DNA of 64,000 nt from positions 256,001-320,000 of the forward strand of contig CBDCQT010000011.1 in the NCBI GenBank assembly GCA_965220745.1. Reading direction: 5' to 3'. The DNA is from Alphaproteobacteria bacterium. Its GTDB lineage: Bacteria; Pseudomonadota; Alphaproteobacteria; UBA828. Under the pieces are notes generated by a model that ran no database searches, was not told the origin of the DNA, and saw only the letters and a program-made list of their open reading frames with translations. The position numbers and the translations under genes were made by a program. Below, piece by piece: positions 39,618 to 48,751 of the stretch; within the stretch, counting starts at the first letter, position 1; the number at the start of each line of letters is the position of its first letter.

Positions 39618-40865
39618 TTAGCACGGCTCGCGAAAATAGGTGTCGAGTGCCTTGACGATCGCGCCTGCCAAATCGCGCCGGTGACTCTCGATTTGCAGCC
39701 GTTCCGCGTCCTGGTCGTTGGAGAGGAATCCGAGCTCGACCAACACCGAGGGGATGTCCGGCGCCTTGAGGACGCGGAAGTTGCCGAAGCGGTGCGGGCG
39801 GTTGATCAACGGTGCCACGCGGCCGAGCTCCGGCAGCAGCGCCGCCGCCAGCACCGCCGAGCAGTTCATCGTGTTCTGCTGGACCATCGAAATCAGCACC
39901 TTGGTCACGTCTTCGTCGTAGCCCTCGGAGAGATCGACGTCGGCGACGATGTCCGCCTTGTTCTCGCGCGCAGCGAGCTCGGCGGTCTCCACGTCCGACG
40001 CCTCGTCCGAGAGCGTGTAGACCGAGGCACCCTGCACCTCGCGGTTATTCAATCGGTCGAGGTGGATGGAGAGGAAGAGATCAGCGCCAGCGTTGCGGGC
40101 GATTTCGACCCGGCGGTGTAGCCCGACCTTGTGGTCGCCATCGCGGGTCATCACCGCCTGGTAGCGGCCGGATGCTTCAAGCGCCGCCCGCAGCTCGCGC
40201 GAGAACACCAATGCCAGCACCTTTTCCCGCAGGCCGTTGGTCGCGATCGCGCCAGGGTCACGCCCGCCGTGGCCGGCGTCGATCGCGATCAGATGGCGTA
40301 CACGCTTGGGCGCCGGCTTGAGCGGCGGCAAAGGCACGGGCTCGGCTGGGGGCGCTCGACGTGCCTGCGTGGCCGGCTCAGAGAGGCGGGACGGCCGAGC
40401 CGTAGCCCGAAACGCCGACTGCGATACCGGAACGAGATCCAGGATCAGCCGGTGAGAAACCGGGGCGTCCGGCTCCTGATCCAGCAAGTCTGCCCGCCGC
40501 ACGGCGAGCGGCTTGTCGAGATCGAGCACGATGCGGGCAACATCCGGCCGAAACTGACCGAAGCGCAGCTGCGCCACGCCGGCGCGTCCGATGGTTTGGG
40601 TTCCCTCCCCCGCGCCCCAGCTTGCCGCCGTCAGGTCGATCACCAGGCGGTCGGGATTGGCGAGGGAAAAAACACTGAACTCCACCGGCTCCGTGAGGTC
40701 CACGACCAGCCGGGTCATGTCGGCGTACTTGCCGACCCGAACGTCACTGACCGAGGGAGCTGCCTGCGCGCCAATAGTGCCAATAGTGAGGACTGCAGCC
40801 AGCAATGATGCGAGAGCCGCCACCGCGACCCGGCGCCGCCTAATCACCCCGCTGCTCCGCCCCAT
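39618..40865 (-). CDS. amiC: N-acetylmuramoyl-L-alanine amidase (AmiC-like, AMIN + Amidase_3)
   Basis: Signal peptide, AMIN-like NPDRLVIDL, IDAGHGGRDPGA, EK, SIH, VLVELGFLSN; start approximate. Confidence 0.9.
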   Translation of the reverse strand: MGRSSGVIRRRRVAVAALASLLAAVLTIGTIGAQAAPSVSDVRVGKYADMTRLVVDLTEPVEFSVFSLANPDRLVIDLTAASWGAGEGTQTIGRAGVAQLRFGQFRPDVARIVLDLDKPLAVRRADLLDQEPDAPVSHRLILDLVPVSQSAFRATARPSRLSEPATQARRAPPAEPVPLPPLKPAPKRVRHLIAIDAGHGGRDPGAIATNGLREKVLALVFSRELRAALEASGRYQAVMTRDGDHKVGLHRRVEIARNAGADLFLSIHLDRLNNREVQGASVYTLSDEASDVETAELAARENKADIVADVDLSEGYDEDVTKVLISMVQQNTMNCSAVLAAALLPELGRVAPLINRPHRFGNFRVLKAPDIPSVLVELGFLSNDQDAERLQIESHRRDLAGAIVKALDTYFREPC

Positions 40866-40989
40866 GCCGGCAACTGTCCCTCCTCGTACCGGCAATCGCG
40901 CCCCTTCATACAGTTTGGCCTCGAGTCTGGGCAACGCCGGATGCTTCGGCGGTCGTGCTATTCTCATTGTGCCAAGGAGGAGCGACGAC

Positions 40990-41760
40990 ATGGCGCGAAA
41001 CGGGAGTGCGACGACGACACGCAAGCCGCGCCGCTCGCGCGCCGAGAGTCGCGCGCGGCGGGAACTCGCCGCCTGCTATCGCATGTTCTATCGGCGCGGC
41101 ATGGACGACCTGATTTACACCCACCTCTCGGTGCGCATTTCCGATCGGCGTGATCGCTACCTTTTCATCGGCTTCGGCCAGCTCTTCGACGAGGTGACCG
41201 CATCGAGCCTCATGACCGTCGACATCGAGGGCAACAACGTCGGCCGGACGCCCGGCGAGGTCAACCCGTCGGGCTGGGTGGTGCACCGGACCGTCTTCGA
41301 GGCGGTGCCGGAGGCTGAGAGCGTGATGCACCTCCACACGGTGCCGGGCGTCGCTGTCTCGGCGCAGAAGGACGGGCTGCTGCCGATCAACCAGTTCGCG
41401 ATCACCCATGCCGGCCAGATCGCCTATCACGACTACGACGGTCCCGGCCTCCGGCCCGCCGAGCAGAAGACCCTGGTCCGCGACCTCGGCGACAGGCGAA
41501 TGATGCTCCTGCGCAACCACGGTACGCTGACCTGGGGCCGCTCCATCGCCGAGGCTTTCACCTTGATGCACTACCTGGAGCGCACTTGCGAGATTCAGAT
41601 CGCGGCCCAGGCCGGCGGCCCACCGGTGCTGCCGTCGAAGTCGGTCATCGAACGCACGGCGGCGATCGGTCAGGGAACCGGCAACGTGGAATGGGCCAGG
41701 ATCGGCTTTGAGGCGCTGCTGCGCCGCCTGGACCGGGAGGACCCCTCCTACCGTCGCTAG
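40990..41760 (+). CDS. Class II aldolase/adducin-family protein
   Basis: RELAACYR, THLSVR, MHLHT, LRNHG; SD AAGGAGG. Confidence 0.9.
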   Translation: MARNGSATTTRKPRRSRAESRARRELAACYRMFYRRGMDDLIYTHLSVRISDRRDRYLFIGFGQLFDEVTASSLMTVDIEGNNVGRTPGEVNPSGWVVHRTVFEAVPEAESVMHLHTVPGVAVSAQKDGLLPINQFAITHAGQIAYHDYDGPGLRPAEQKTLVRDLGDRRMMLLRNHGTLTWGRSIAEAFTLMHYLERTCEIQIAAQAGGPPVLPSKSVIERTAAIGQGTGNVEWARIGFEALLRRLDREDPSYRR

Positions 41761-41791
41761 TGTTTGGCGGCCTCCGCGCTATAGTGAAGGC

Positions 41792-43186
41792 ATGGCTACG
41801 GTATTGAAGAACACGGACACACAGAGCGCCGTCGACCGGCTCGGCGCGCTCCTCGGCGACCGGCTCTCGACCTCGCGCGCGGTGTGCGAACATCACGCGA
41901 CCGGCGAGACCTATCACGCGCCGCGCCCGCCGGATGCGGTGGTCTTCCCCGAAACGACCGAGGAGGTCGCCGAGATCGTCCGCATCTGCGCGACCCACGG
42001 CGTGCCCATGGTCCCGTACGGAGTGGGCACCTCGGTCGAGGGCAACGTCTGCGCGCTGGAGGGCGGCGTCACTCTCGATATGGGGCAGATGAACAAGGTT
42101 CTCCGGGTGAGCCAGGAGGACCTCGACGTCACAGTGCAGGCCGGGGTCACTCGCAAGCAGCTCAACACCCACCTGCGCGATACCGGGCTCTTCTTCCCCA
42201 TCGATCCGGGCGCGGATGCGACCCTCGGCGGCATGACCGCGACGCGTGCCTCCGGCACCAATGCCGTGCGCTACGGCACGCTGAAGGAGAACGTGCTGGG
42301 CCTCACGGTTGTGCTACCCGATGGGCAGATCATCACGACGGGCGGGCGCGCCCGCAAGTCGGCAGCTGGCTACGACCTGACTCGGCTGTTCGTGGGCTCC
42401 GAGGGGACGCTCGGTGTGATGACCGAGATCACGCTCAAGCTCTACGGCATCCCCGAGGCGATCTCGGCGGCGGTGTGTTCCTTCCCCTCGCTGGAGGCGG
42501 CGGTCGACACGGTGATCCTGACCATCCAGTCGGGCATTCCCATTGCCCGCGTGGAGCTGCTCGACGACATCCAGATGGACGCCTGCAACAAGTTCTCGAA
42601 GCTCGATTATGCGCCGAAGGACACGCTCTTCTTCGAGTTCCATGGCACCGAGCAGGGCGTCGCCGAGCAGGTGGAGCAGGTGCGCGAGATCGTCGAGGAG
42701 TTCGGCGGCTCCGACTTCCGCTGGGCGAGCAAGGCGGAGGACCGGAACGCGCTCTGGCAGGCGCGGCACGATGTCTATTACGCCTGCCTCGCGCTGCAAC
42801 CCGGCAAGTCGGGCTGGGCGACCGATGTGTGCGTGCCGATTTCGCGCTTGTCCGAATGCCTCATCGAGACCAAGAAGGAACTCGATGCCTCGCCCCTGCT
42901 CGCGCCGATCGTCGGCCACGTGGGGGACGGCAACTTCCACGTCTGCTTCCTCATCGACCCGGACGATCCGGCGGAGATGGCGGAAGCCAAGCGCCTCAAC
43001 GGGCGCATGATCGACCGCGCGCTCGCCATGGGGGGCACCAGCACGGGCGAGCACGGCATCGGCTGCGGCAAGCTCGACTATCTGGAGGCCGAGCACGGCG
43101 CAGGTGCGGTCGACTTGATGCGCACGATCAAGCGCTCGTTCGACCCCCACAACCTGATGAATCCGGGGAAGGTGGTCGTCGTCTGA
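41792..43186 (+). CDS. FAD-linked oxidase, D-lactate dehydrogenase/GlcD family
   Basis: PIDPGA, ASGTNAVRYG, GSEGTLG, GHVGDGNFH, GEHGIG, DPHNLMNPGK. Confidence 0.9.
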   Translation: MATVLKNTDTQSAVDRLGALLGDRLSTSRAVCEHHATGETYHAPRPPDAVVFPETTEEVAEIVRICATHGVPMVPYGVGTSVEGNVCALEGGVTLDMGQMNKVLRVSQEDLDVTVQAGVTRKQLNTHLRDTGLFFPIDPGADATLGGMTATRASGTNAVRYGTLKENVLGLTVVLPDGQIITTGGRARKSAAGYDLTRLFVGSEGTLGVMTEITLKLYGIPEAISAAVCSFPSLEAAVDTVILTIQSGIPIARVELLDDIQMDACNKFSKLDYAPKDTLFFEFHGTEQGVAEQVEQVREIVEEFGGSDFRWASKAEDRNALWQARHDVYYACLALQPGKSGWATDVCVPISRLSECLIETKKELDASPLLAPIVGHVGDGNFHVCFLIDPDDPAEMAEAKRLNGRMIDRALAMGGTSTGEHGIGCGKLDYLEAEHGAGAVDLMRTIKRSFDPHNLMNPGKVVVV

Positions 43187-43290
43187 CCGCCCGCCACCGC
43201 GCGCGACCCATGCGCGCAGTGAACGCGTCTTTCAGAGAATAATGGACTGCCGAAAACGGCGGGGGTTCGCCCGCTGGGGGCAGGCGCGCC

Positions 43291-44652
43291 TCAATCGAGC
43301 ATCGTGCGCGGCAGCCACATGGCGATCTCGGGGAAGGCGATCACCAGCCCGAGCCCGATCAACTGCAGGATCACGAAGGGAATGATCCCGCGGTAGATCT
43401 GCTGAATGCGCACTTCGGGCGGGGCTACGCCCTTCATGTAGAAGAGGGCAAAGCCGAAGGGCGGCGTCAGGAACGAGGTCTGCAGGTTCACCGCCATCAG
43501 GATCGAGAACCAGTAGACCACCTCGAGCTTGGGCACGTGGTCGCCGAAGTCGAGTCCGGCCAGGATCGGTGCGAACACCGGCAGCACGATCAGCGTGATC
43601 TCGATCCAGTCGAAGAAGAACCCCAGGAGGAAGGTCACGATCATCAGGATGAAGAGGATTCCCCAGGGCCCGACGCCGACGGAATAGACCAAATCCTCGA
43701 TCAGCTGATCGCCGCCGAGCGAGCGGAAGACGTAGGAGAACGCCGTCGCGCCGACGAAGATGAAGAACAGCATGCCGTTGGTGAGCGCCGTGCGCTCGAC
43801 CACGTCCCGCAGCACCTTCCACGAGAGCTTGCGGTTGATGATCGCCAGCAGGACCGCGCCGAAAGCGCCGACGCCCGCCGCCTCGGTCGGCGTCGCCCAG
43901 CCAAGCACGATCGAGCCCAGTACCAAGAGGATGAGGAAGACCGCCGGAATGAATCCCCGCAGCAGCAGGAAGATGAGCTCGCGCGTGCTCTTGGGCCCCA
44001 TGTCCTTCGGTAGTGGAGGCGCGAGGTGGGGCTTAAACCGGCACAGCGTCAATATGTAGATGAAGTAAAGGCCCGCCAGCATCAGGCCCGGGAACACCGC
44101 CGCGACGAAGAGCGTGCCGACCGAGCGGCCCAGCAGGTCCGCCATGATCACCAGCATGATGCTGGGCGGTATCAGGATGCCTAGCGTTCCTGACGACGCG
44201 ATCGTGCCGGTGGCGAGCTCCATGTTGTACTTGCGCTGCAGCATGACCGGCAGTGCCATCAGGCTGATCATCACTACCGAGGCACCGATGATGCCGGTGG
44301 TCGCGGCCAGGATGGTGCCCATCACCGTGACCGCGAGCGCGAGCCCGCCTGGCGTCCGCCTTAACAGGACTTGGAGGCAATAGAGCAGGTCGGCGGCGAC
44401 GCCGGATCGCTCCAGCATCGTGCCCATGAAGATGAACATGGGGATCGCCACCAGCACCAAATTATCGCCGATACCCCAGATGCGGAGCGGCAGGTTGAAG
44501 AATTGGATGACATGGAAGACGTCGAGGGCGGCGCCGAGGAAGCCGAAGGCCAGCGCCACGCCGCCGAGGACAAATCCGACAGGGAAGCCCGAGAACAGCA
44601 GGATCGCCAGCGCGCCGAACATGAACGCCGGCAGATAGTCCTCGATGTACAT
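43291..44652 (-). CDS. TRAP transporter large permease (DctM family)
   Basis: AIPMFIFMG, GTLGILIPPS, ATPTEAA, TPPFG. Confidence 0.93.
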   Translation of the reverse strand: MYIEDYLPAFMFGALAILLFSGFPVGFVLGGVALAFGFLGAALDVFHVIQFFNLPLRIWGIGDNLVLVAIPMFIFMGTMLERSGVAADLLYCLQVLLRRTPGGLALAVTVMGTILAATTGIIGASVVMISLMALPVMLQRKYNMELATGTIASSGTLGILIPPSIMLVIMADLLGRSVGTLFVAAVFPGLMLAGLYFIYILTLCRFKPHLAPPLPKDMGPKSTRELIFLLLRGFIPAVFLILLVLGSIVLGWATPTEAAGVGAFGAVLLAIINRKLSWKVLRDVVERTALTNGMLFFIFVGATAFSYVFRSLGGDQLIEDLVYSVGVGPWGILFILMIVTFLLGFFFDWIEITLIVLPVFAPILAGLDFGDHVPKLEVVYWFSILMAVNLQTSFLTPPFGFALFYMKGVAPPEVRIQQIYRGIIPFVILQLIGLGLVIAFPEIAMWLPRTMLD

Positions 44653-44655
44653 GCC

Positions 44656-45243
44656 CTACTGCTCCCGGCCCGGCGTGGTGGGCTCGGGACGTTCCGGCAC
44701 TTTCGTACTGTCGTCGCTCAAGGCGCGACGGTACTCGGGGGAGCCGAAGAGCTCGATGAACTTGCGCAGCAGCACCGCGACCGCGGCGAAACCCAGGAAG
44801 AGCATCCCGGCCGGTAGGAACCCCTTGATCGCCCAGCGGTAGGGCAGGCCGGTCGCGGAGTCCGAGGCCTCGTTCAGGTTCCAGGAGCGCTCCACGAAAT
44901 CCATCGCGAAGTAGAAGACGATGGCGCAGTAGGGAATGGCGAAAACCAGGCAGCCGATGAACTCGATCCAGCGCTGCGTCGTGGGGCTGAAGCGCTCGTG
45001 CACCAGGCTGATTCGGACATGGGCGTTCTTAAGGTAGGCGAAGCCGAGGCAGAGCAGGAACAGCACCGCGTGCAGGTGCCATTCGCCTTCCTGCAGCTTG
45101 GTCGAACCCAGCACCAGAAACCGGCGGGTGATGACGTCGAAGATGATGATGATCATCAGCGGTACCGAGATCCAGGCGCCGATGCGCCCGACCCAGGTCG
45201 CCACCGAATTGAGGACCGCCTCAATCCTCAGGAGATATCGCAT
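44656..45243 (-). CDS. TRAP transporter small permease (DctQ family)
   Basis: Four hydrophobic helices, QEGEWHL, HVRI; lies between dctP- and dctM-like genes. Confidence 0.9.
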   Translation of the reverse strand: MRYLLRIEAVLNSVATWVGRIGAWISVPLMIIIIFDVITRRFLVLGSTKLQEGEWHLHAVLFLLCLGFAYLKNAHVRISLVHERFSPTTQRWIEFIGCLVFAIPYCAIVFYFAMDFVERSWNLNEASDSATGLPYRWAIKGFLPAGMLFLGFAAVAVLLRKFIELFGSPEYRRALSDDSTKVPERPEPTTPGREQ

Positions 45244-45262
45244 GCAATCCGTTACCGCCGCC

Positions 45263-45356
45263 TAGCCGAGACAATAGGGGAGCGCCGGAGCGTGGTCTAC
45301 ACCCGCTCCGGCGCCCCTTGGCTAAGGAGAAGCCGCGCGCTGCGGCGCACGGCTTC
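45263..45356. terminator. Two stem-loops between TRAP binding-protein and permease genes
   Basis: GCGCCGGAGCG/CGCTCCGGCGC stem (about 45277-45318) and GAAGCCG/CGGCTTC stem (45329-45356). Confidence 0.55.
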
Positions 45357-45365
45357 AGATCGGAC

Positions 45366-46424
45366 CTAGTTCAGATAACCGAGATCGGCCCAGACCGCAT
45401 ACTCGGCGCGGAACGCCGTGTACGATTCCCAGACCTTGGCGAAGTTCTCGTCACGTGCCGCGTCCTCGGCCGCAACCTCGTTCCACTTCTCCTCCAGCGT
45501 GTCCAGGATCTCTTGCGGCCAGCGGTGGATGGTCACGCCCTTCTCCTGGAGCTCGGCCAGCGCCTTGCCCTGGATCGCCTCGCCTTCGGCCAGCCCTTCG
45601 CGGAAGGCATCGCCGCAGGCGACCTCGATCTGTGCCTGCTGGGTGTCGCTCAGCGCATCCCAGGCGGCCCGGTTCAGGAGCAGCTCGAACACCGTCGACT
45701 GCTGGTGCCAGCCGGGGAAGTAGTAGTGCTTGGCGACCTGGTAGAAGCCGAGATTGAGGTCGATCGCCGGCATGGAATACTCGGTCGCGTCGATGGAGCC
45801 GCGCTCCAACGCCGGGAAGATATCGCCACCGGCGATGAGCTGGGTGGAGACGCCGATCTTCTCCATCACCTTGGCGCCGAGGCCGAAGAAGCGCATCTTC
45901 AGGCCCGCGAGATCCTCGATGGAGTTGATCTCCTTGCGGAACCAGCCGGACGCCTCAGGCGCGATGACGCCGCAGGGCAGCGACTTCAGGCCGTGCGGCT
46001 CGTAGATCGCATCCCACAGCTCGTAGCCGCCGCCATAGTAGATCCAGCCCATATATTCGCCGGCCCTCGGGCCGAACGGCACGGCCGCGAACATGGCGAG
46101 CGCGGGCTCCTTGCCGTACCAGTAGCCGGGCGTGGACCAGCAAGCATCGACTGAGCCGGCGGCCACGGCATCGAAGCATTCCTTCGCCGGGATCAGCGCG
46201 TTGGGCTCGAAGAATTTGATCTGAATGTTACCGCCGGAGATGCGGTCCAGGCGGTCCACCATGCTTTTGCCGAGCGTGCCGAGCTGGGTCAGGTTGCTGG
46301 GAAACCAGCTCGCCATATTCCAGCGCACGCGCTCGTCCTCGGCCTGGGCGAGGCCCGCCGTAAGGATCGCGGCGCTCAACACGCCGGCAGCAAGGCCGGC
46401 CTTGATCGACTTGCCAATGTTCAT
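45366..46424 (-). CDS. TRAP substrate-binding protein (DctP/TakP-like)
   Basis: Signal peptide, VPFGP, GWFRKEINS, GLKMR, ALERGSIDATE, YYFPGWHQ; SD GGAGG. Confidence 0.92.
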   Translation of the reverse strand: MNIGKSIKAGLAAGVLSAAILTAGLAQAEDERVRWNMASWFPSNLTQLGTLGKSMVDRLDRISGGNIQIKFFEPNALIPAKECFDAVAAGSVDACWSTPGYWYGKEPALAMFAAVPFGPRAGEYMGWIYYGGGYELWDAIYEPHGLKSLPCGVIAPEASGWFRKEINSIEDLAGLKMRFFGLGAKVMEKIGVSTQLIAGGDIFPALERGSIDATEYSMPAIDLNLGFYQVAKHYYFPGWHQQSTVFELLLNRAAWDALSDTQQAQIEVACGDAFREGLAEGEAIQGKALAELQEKGVTIHRWPQEILDTLEEKWNEVAAEDAARDENFAKVWESYTAFRAEYAVWADLGYLN

Positions 46425-46599
46425 TGCGTGCTCCCTCCAATCGTTTCGGTGCGCCCTGCAGAAGCGCATCCGCAGCATCCTGACTTAGGTCCCGGCAGCT
46501 TTGACCGGGGCGGCGGCGCCCGGTGTCGCGCCCTGGCGTCCGCCAAACTGCCACGCTAGAACAGGCGCACGGGCACGGCAAGCACCTCGGGAGCGAGCC

Positions 46600-47364
46600 T
46601 TGATCTATGTCAACCGGGTCGCCGTTGTCACCGGCGGGGCCAGCGGCATCGGTCGCGAGGTCGCGCGCGCATTGGCCGCACGCGGCGCGGCGGTCGCCGT
46701 CGCCGATCTTAACCTGGAGGGAGCCCGAGAAGTCGCCGCAGCGTTAGCCGGTGACGGAGCACGGGCGGAGGCCATTGCCGTCGACGTCAGCCAGCCTGTA
46801 CAGGCAGACGCCATGATCGCGAGGGCGATAGAGGCATTCGGCAAGGTCGACATCCTGGTCCACAGCGCGGGCGTTGGCGTGGAGCGGAGCTTCCTCGACA
46901 CCACTCCGGAGGAATGGCAGCGCATCCTCGACATCGACCTCTCGGGCACGTTCTTTTGCGGGCAGGCGGCAGCGCGGCACATGGTGGAGCGCGGCTACGG
47001 CCGCATCGTCAACCTCGCGTCGACCGCCGGCGTGCGCGGCGGCACCGGGCGCGCGGCCTACGGCACCGCCAAGGGCGGCGTCATCGCGCTCACCAAAGTG
47101 ATGGCAGTCGAGCTCGCGCCTTACGGCATTACCGTGAACGCGCTCGCGCCGGGCGCGATCGAAACCGAGCTAGTGGCCAAGATGCACTCGGCGGAGACGC
47201 GCACGGTCTACCGCGCCGGCATCCCGCTCGACCGCTACGGCACGCCGGAGGAGACGGCCGCCGCGGCACTCTTCCTCGCGAGCGAGGAAGCCCGCTACGT
47301 CACCGGTCACGTGCTCGCGGTCGACGGCGGCTTCCTCGCGGCCGGTGTGATGCACCGTCGTTAG
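46600..47364 (+). CDS. SDR-family oxidoreductase
   Basis: VTGGASGIG, YGTAK, NALAPG, VDGG; probable TTG start 46600. Confidence 0.88.
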   Translation: MIYVNRVAVVTGGASGIGREVARALAARGAAVAVADLNLEGAREVAAALAGDGARAEAIAVDVSQPVQADAMIARAIEAFGKVDILVHSAGVGVERSFLDTTPEEWQRILDIDLSGTFFCGQAAARHMVERGYGRIVNLASTAGVRGGTGRAAYGTAKGGVIALTKVMAVELAPYGITVNALAPGAIETELVAKMHSAETRTVYRAGIPLDRYGTPEETAAAALFLASEEARYVTGHVLAVDGGFLAAGVMHRR

Positions 47365-47508
47365 ACGTAAGTCCAAGACTGGAATCGCTCCAGTAATTTA
47401 TAGCTCACGGCAGCCGGCCTACAGCCGGCGCCTCCGCGAGGGCGCCGCTGACGCGGCGGGCCGCGGTCGCGGCCGATTGCGCCTCCGTCTCCGACGGACG
47501 CGCTCTAG

Positions 47509-48657
47509 CTAAAGCGTGAGCCAGCGCTTGAGCGCGTCGCAGGCGCCCTCCACCTCTTCCGTCGCGCCGGCGTAGGAGAAGCGGACGAATGCCCGGCCCC
47601 GCTCAGTGTCGAAGTCGATGCCGGGCGTCGCCGCTACCCCGCACTCGGCCAACATGCGCTGACAAAAGGCCTCGCTGTCGTCGGTGAGCCCCGAGACATC
47701 GGCATAGGCGTAGAAGGCGCCGTCGCAGGGGGCGAGCGCGCCGAAGCCTGCGGCCGGAAGCGCCTCTTGGACGATGCTGCGGTTACAAGCGTAACGCGCC
47801 ACGTTGGCCTCCAGCTCGTCCCGGCAGTCGAAGGCGGCGATTGCGGCCCGCTGCGAAAGCGCCGGCGGCGAGATGAAGAGGTTTTGCGTGAGCCGCTCCA
47901 CCGCCCTGGCGAGGTCTTCGGGCACCACCATCCAGCCGAGCCGCCAGCCGGTCATCGCGAAGTATTTCGAGAAGCCGTTGATCACGACTGCGCTCTCGGA
48001 GAACGCGGCGACGCTGGCCGCCGGCTCGCCATAGGTGATGCCGTGGTAGATCTCATCCGAGATCACCCGAATCCCCCGGTCGCCACAATATGCCGCCACA
48101 GCTTCGAGCGTGGGCCTGGGCACCATGGTCCCGGTCGGATTAGACGGGCTGGCAACGATCAGGCCCTGGATCGGTTGCTCCAGCGCCTCCAGCATCGCCA
48201 CGGTTGGTTGAAAGCGGGTCTCTGCCGTGGTCGGGAGTAGCACCAGCTCGAGACCAAGCGCCTGCAGGGTGTTGCGGTAGGCGGGATAGCCGGGGTTGGC
48301 CAGTGCCACCCGGTCGCCCACGTCGAAGGCGGCGAGGAAGGCCAGAATGATCCCGGCCGAGCCCCCGGTCGTGACCACGATCCGCTCCACCGGCGGGGCG
48401 AAGCCGTAGCGCTCGCCGTAGAACGCGGCGATGCGCTCGCGCAGGGGCAGCACGCCGTCGGCCTCGGTGTAGCCGATCCTGTCGCCAGCCAAGGCCGCCC
48501 GCGCCGCGTCGAGCACCCGTTGCGGCGCGCCTGAGCCGGGCTCTCCGGTCTCCATGTGGAAGACCCGCGCGCCCGTTGCCGCGCGCTCGGTCGCGGCCTT
48601 GAGGATTTCCATCGCGAAGAAGGGCGCGACAGCCGCGCGCCGGGATGCCGCCATCAC
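47509..48657 (-). CDS. PLP-dependent class I/II aminotransferase
   Basis: ASPSNPTG, SDEIYH, FSKYFAMTGWRLGW. Confidence 0.92.
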   Translation of the reverse strand: MMAASRRAAVAPFFAMEILKAATERAATGARVFHMETGEPGSGAPQRVLDAARAALAGDRIGYTEADGVLPLRERIAAFYGERYGFAPPVERIVVTTGGSAGIILAFLAAFDVGDRVALANPGYPAYRNTLQALGLELVLLPTTAETRFQPTVAMLEALEQPIQGLIVASPSNPTGTMVPRPTLEAVAAYCGDRGIRVISDEIYHGITYGEPAASVAAFSESAVVINGFSKYFAMTGWRLGWMVVPEDLARAVERLTQNLFISPPALSQRAAIAAFDCRDELEANVARYACNRSIVQEALPAAGFGALAPCDGAFYAYADVSGLTDDSEAFCQRMLAECGVAATPGIDFDTERGRAFVRFSYAGATEEVEGACDALKRWLTL

Positions 48658-48751
48658 TATGCCTTAGTTCATGCGGATAGCAGCGATGGGCGCCCATTGA
48701 CGGTGGCGTCCAAGCAACATATCCAAACTCGTCATCCTTGGAGCGAAACCG

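Noticed and set aside
47365-47508. Hairpins ACTGGA/TCCAGT (47378-47394) and CGGCGCC/GGCGCCG (47426-47447) as a possible MITE or sRNA
   Set aside because: They lie between convergent genes and are adequately explained as terminators; no second copy was noticed in the window.
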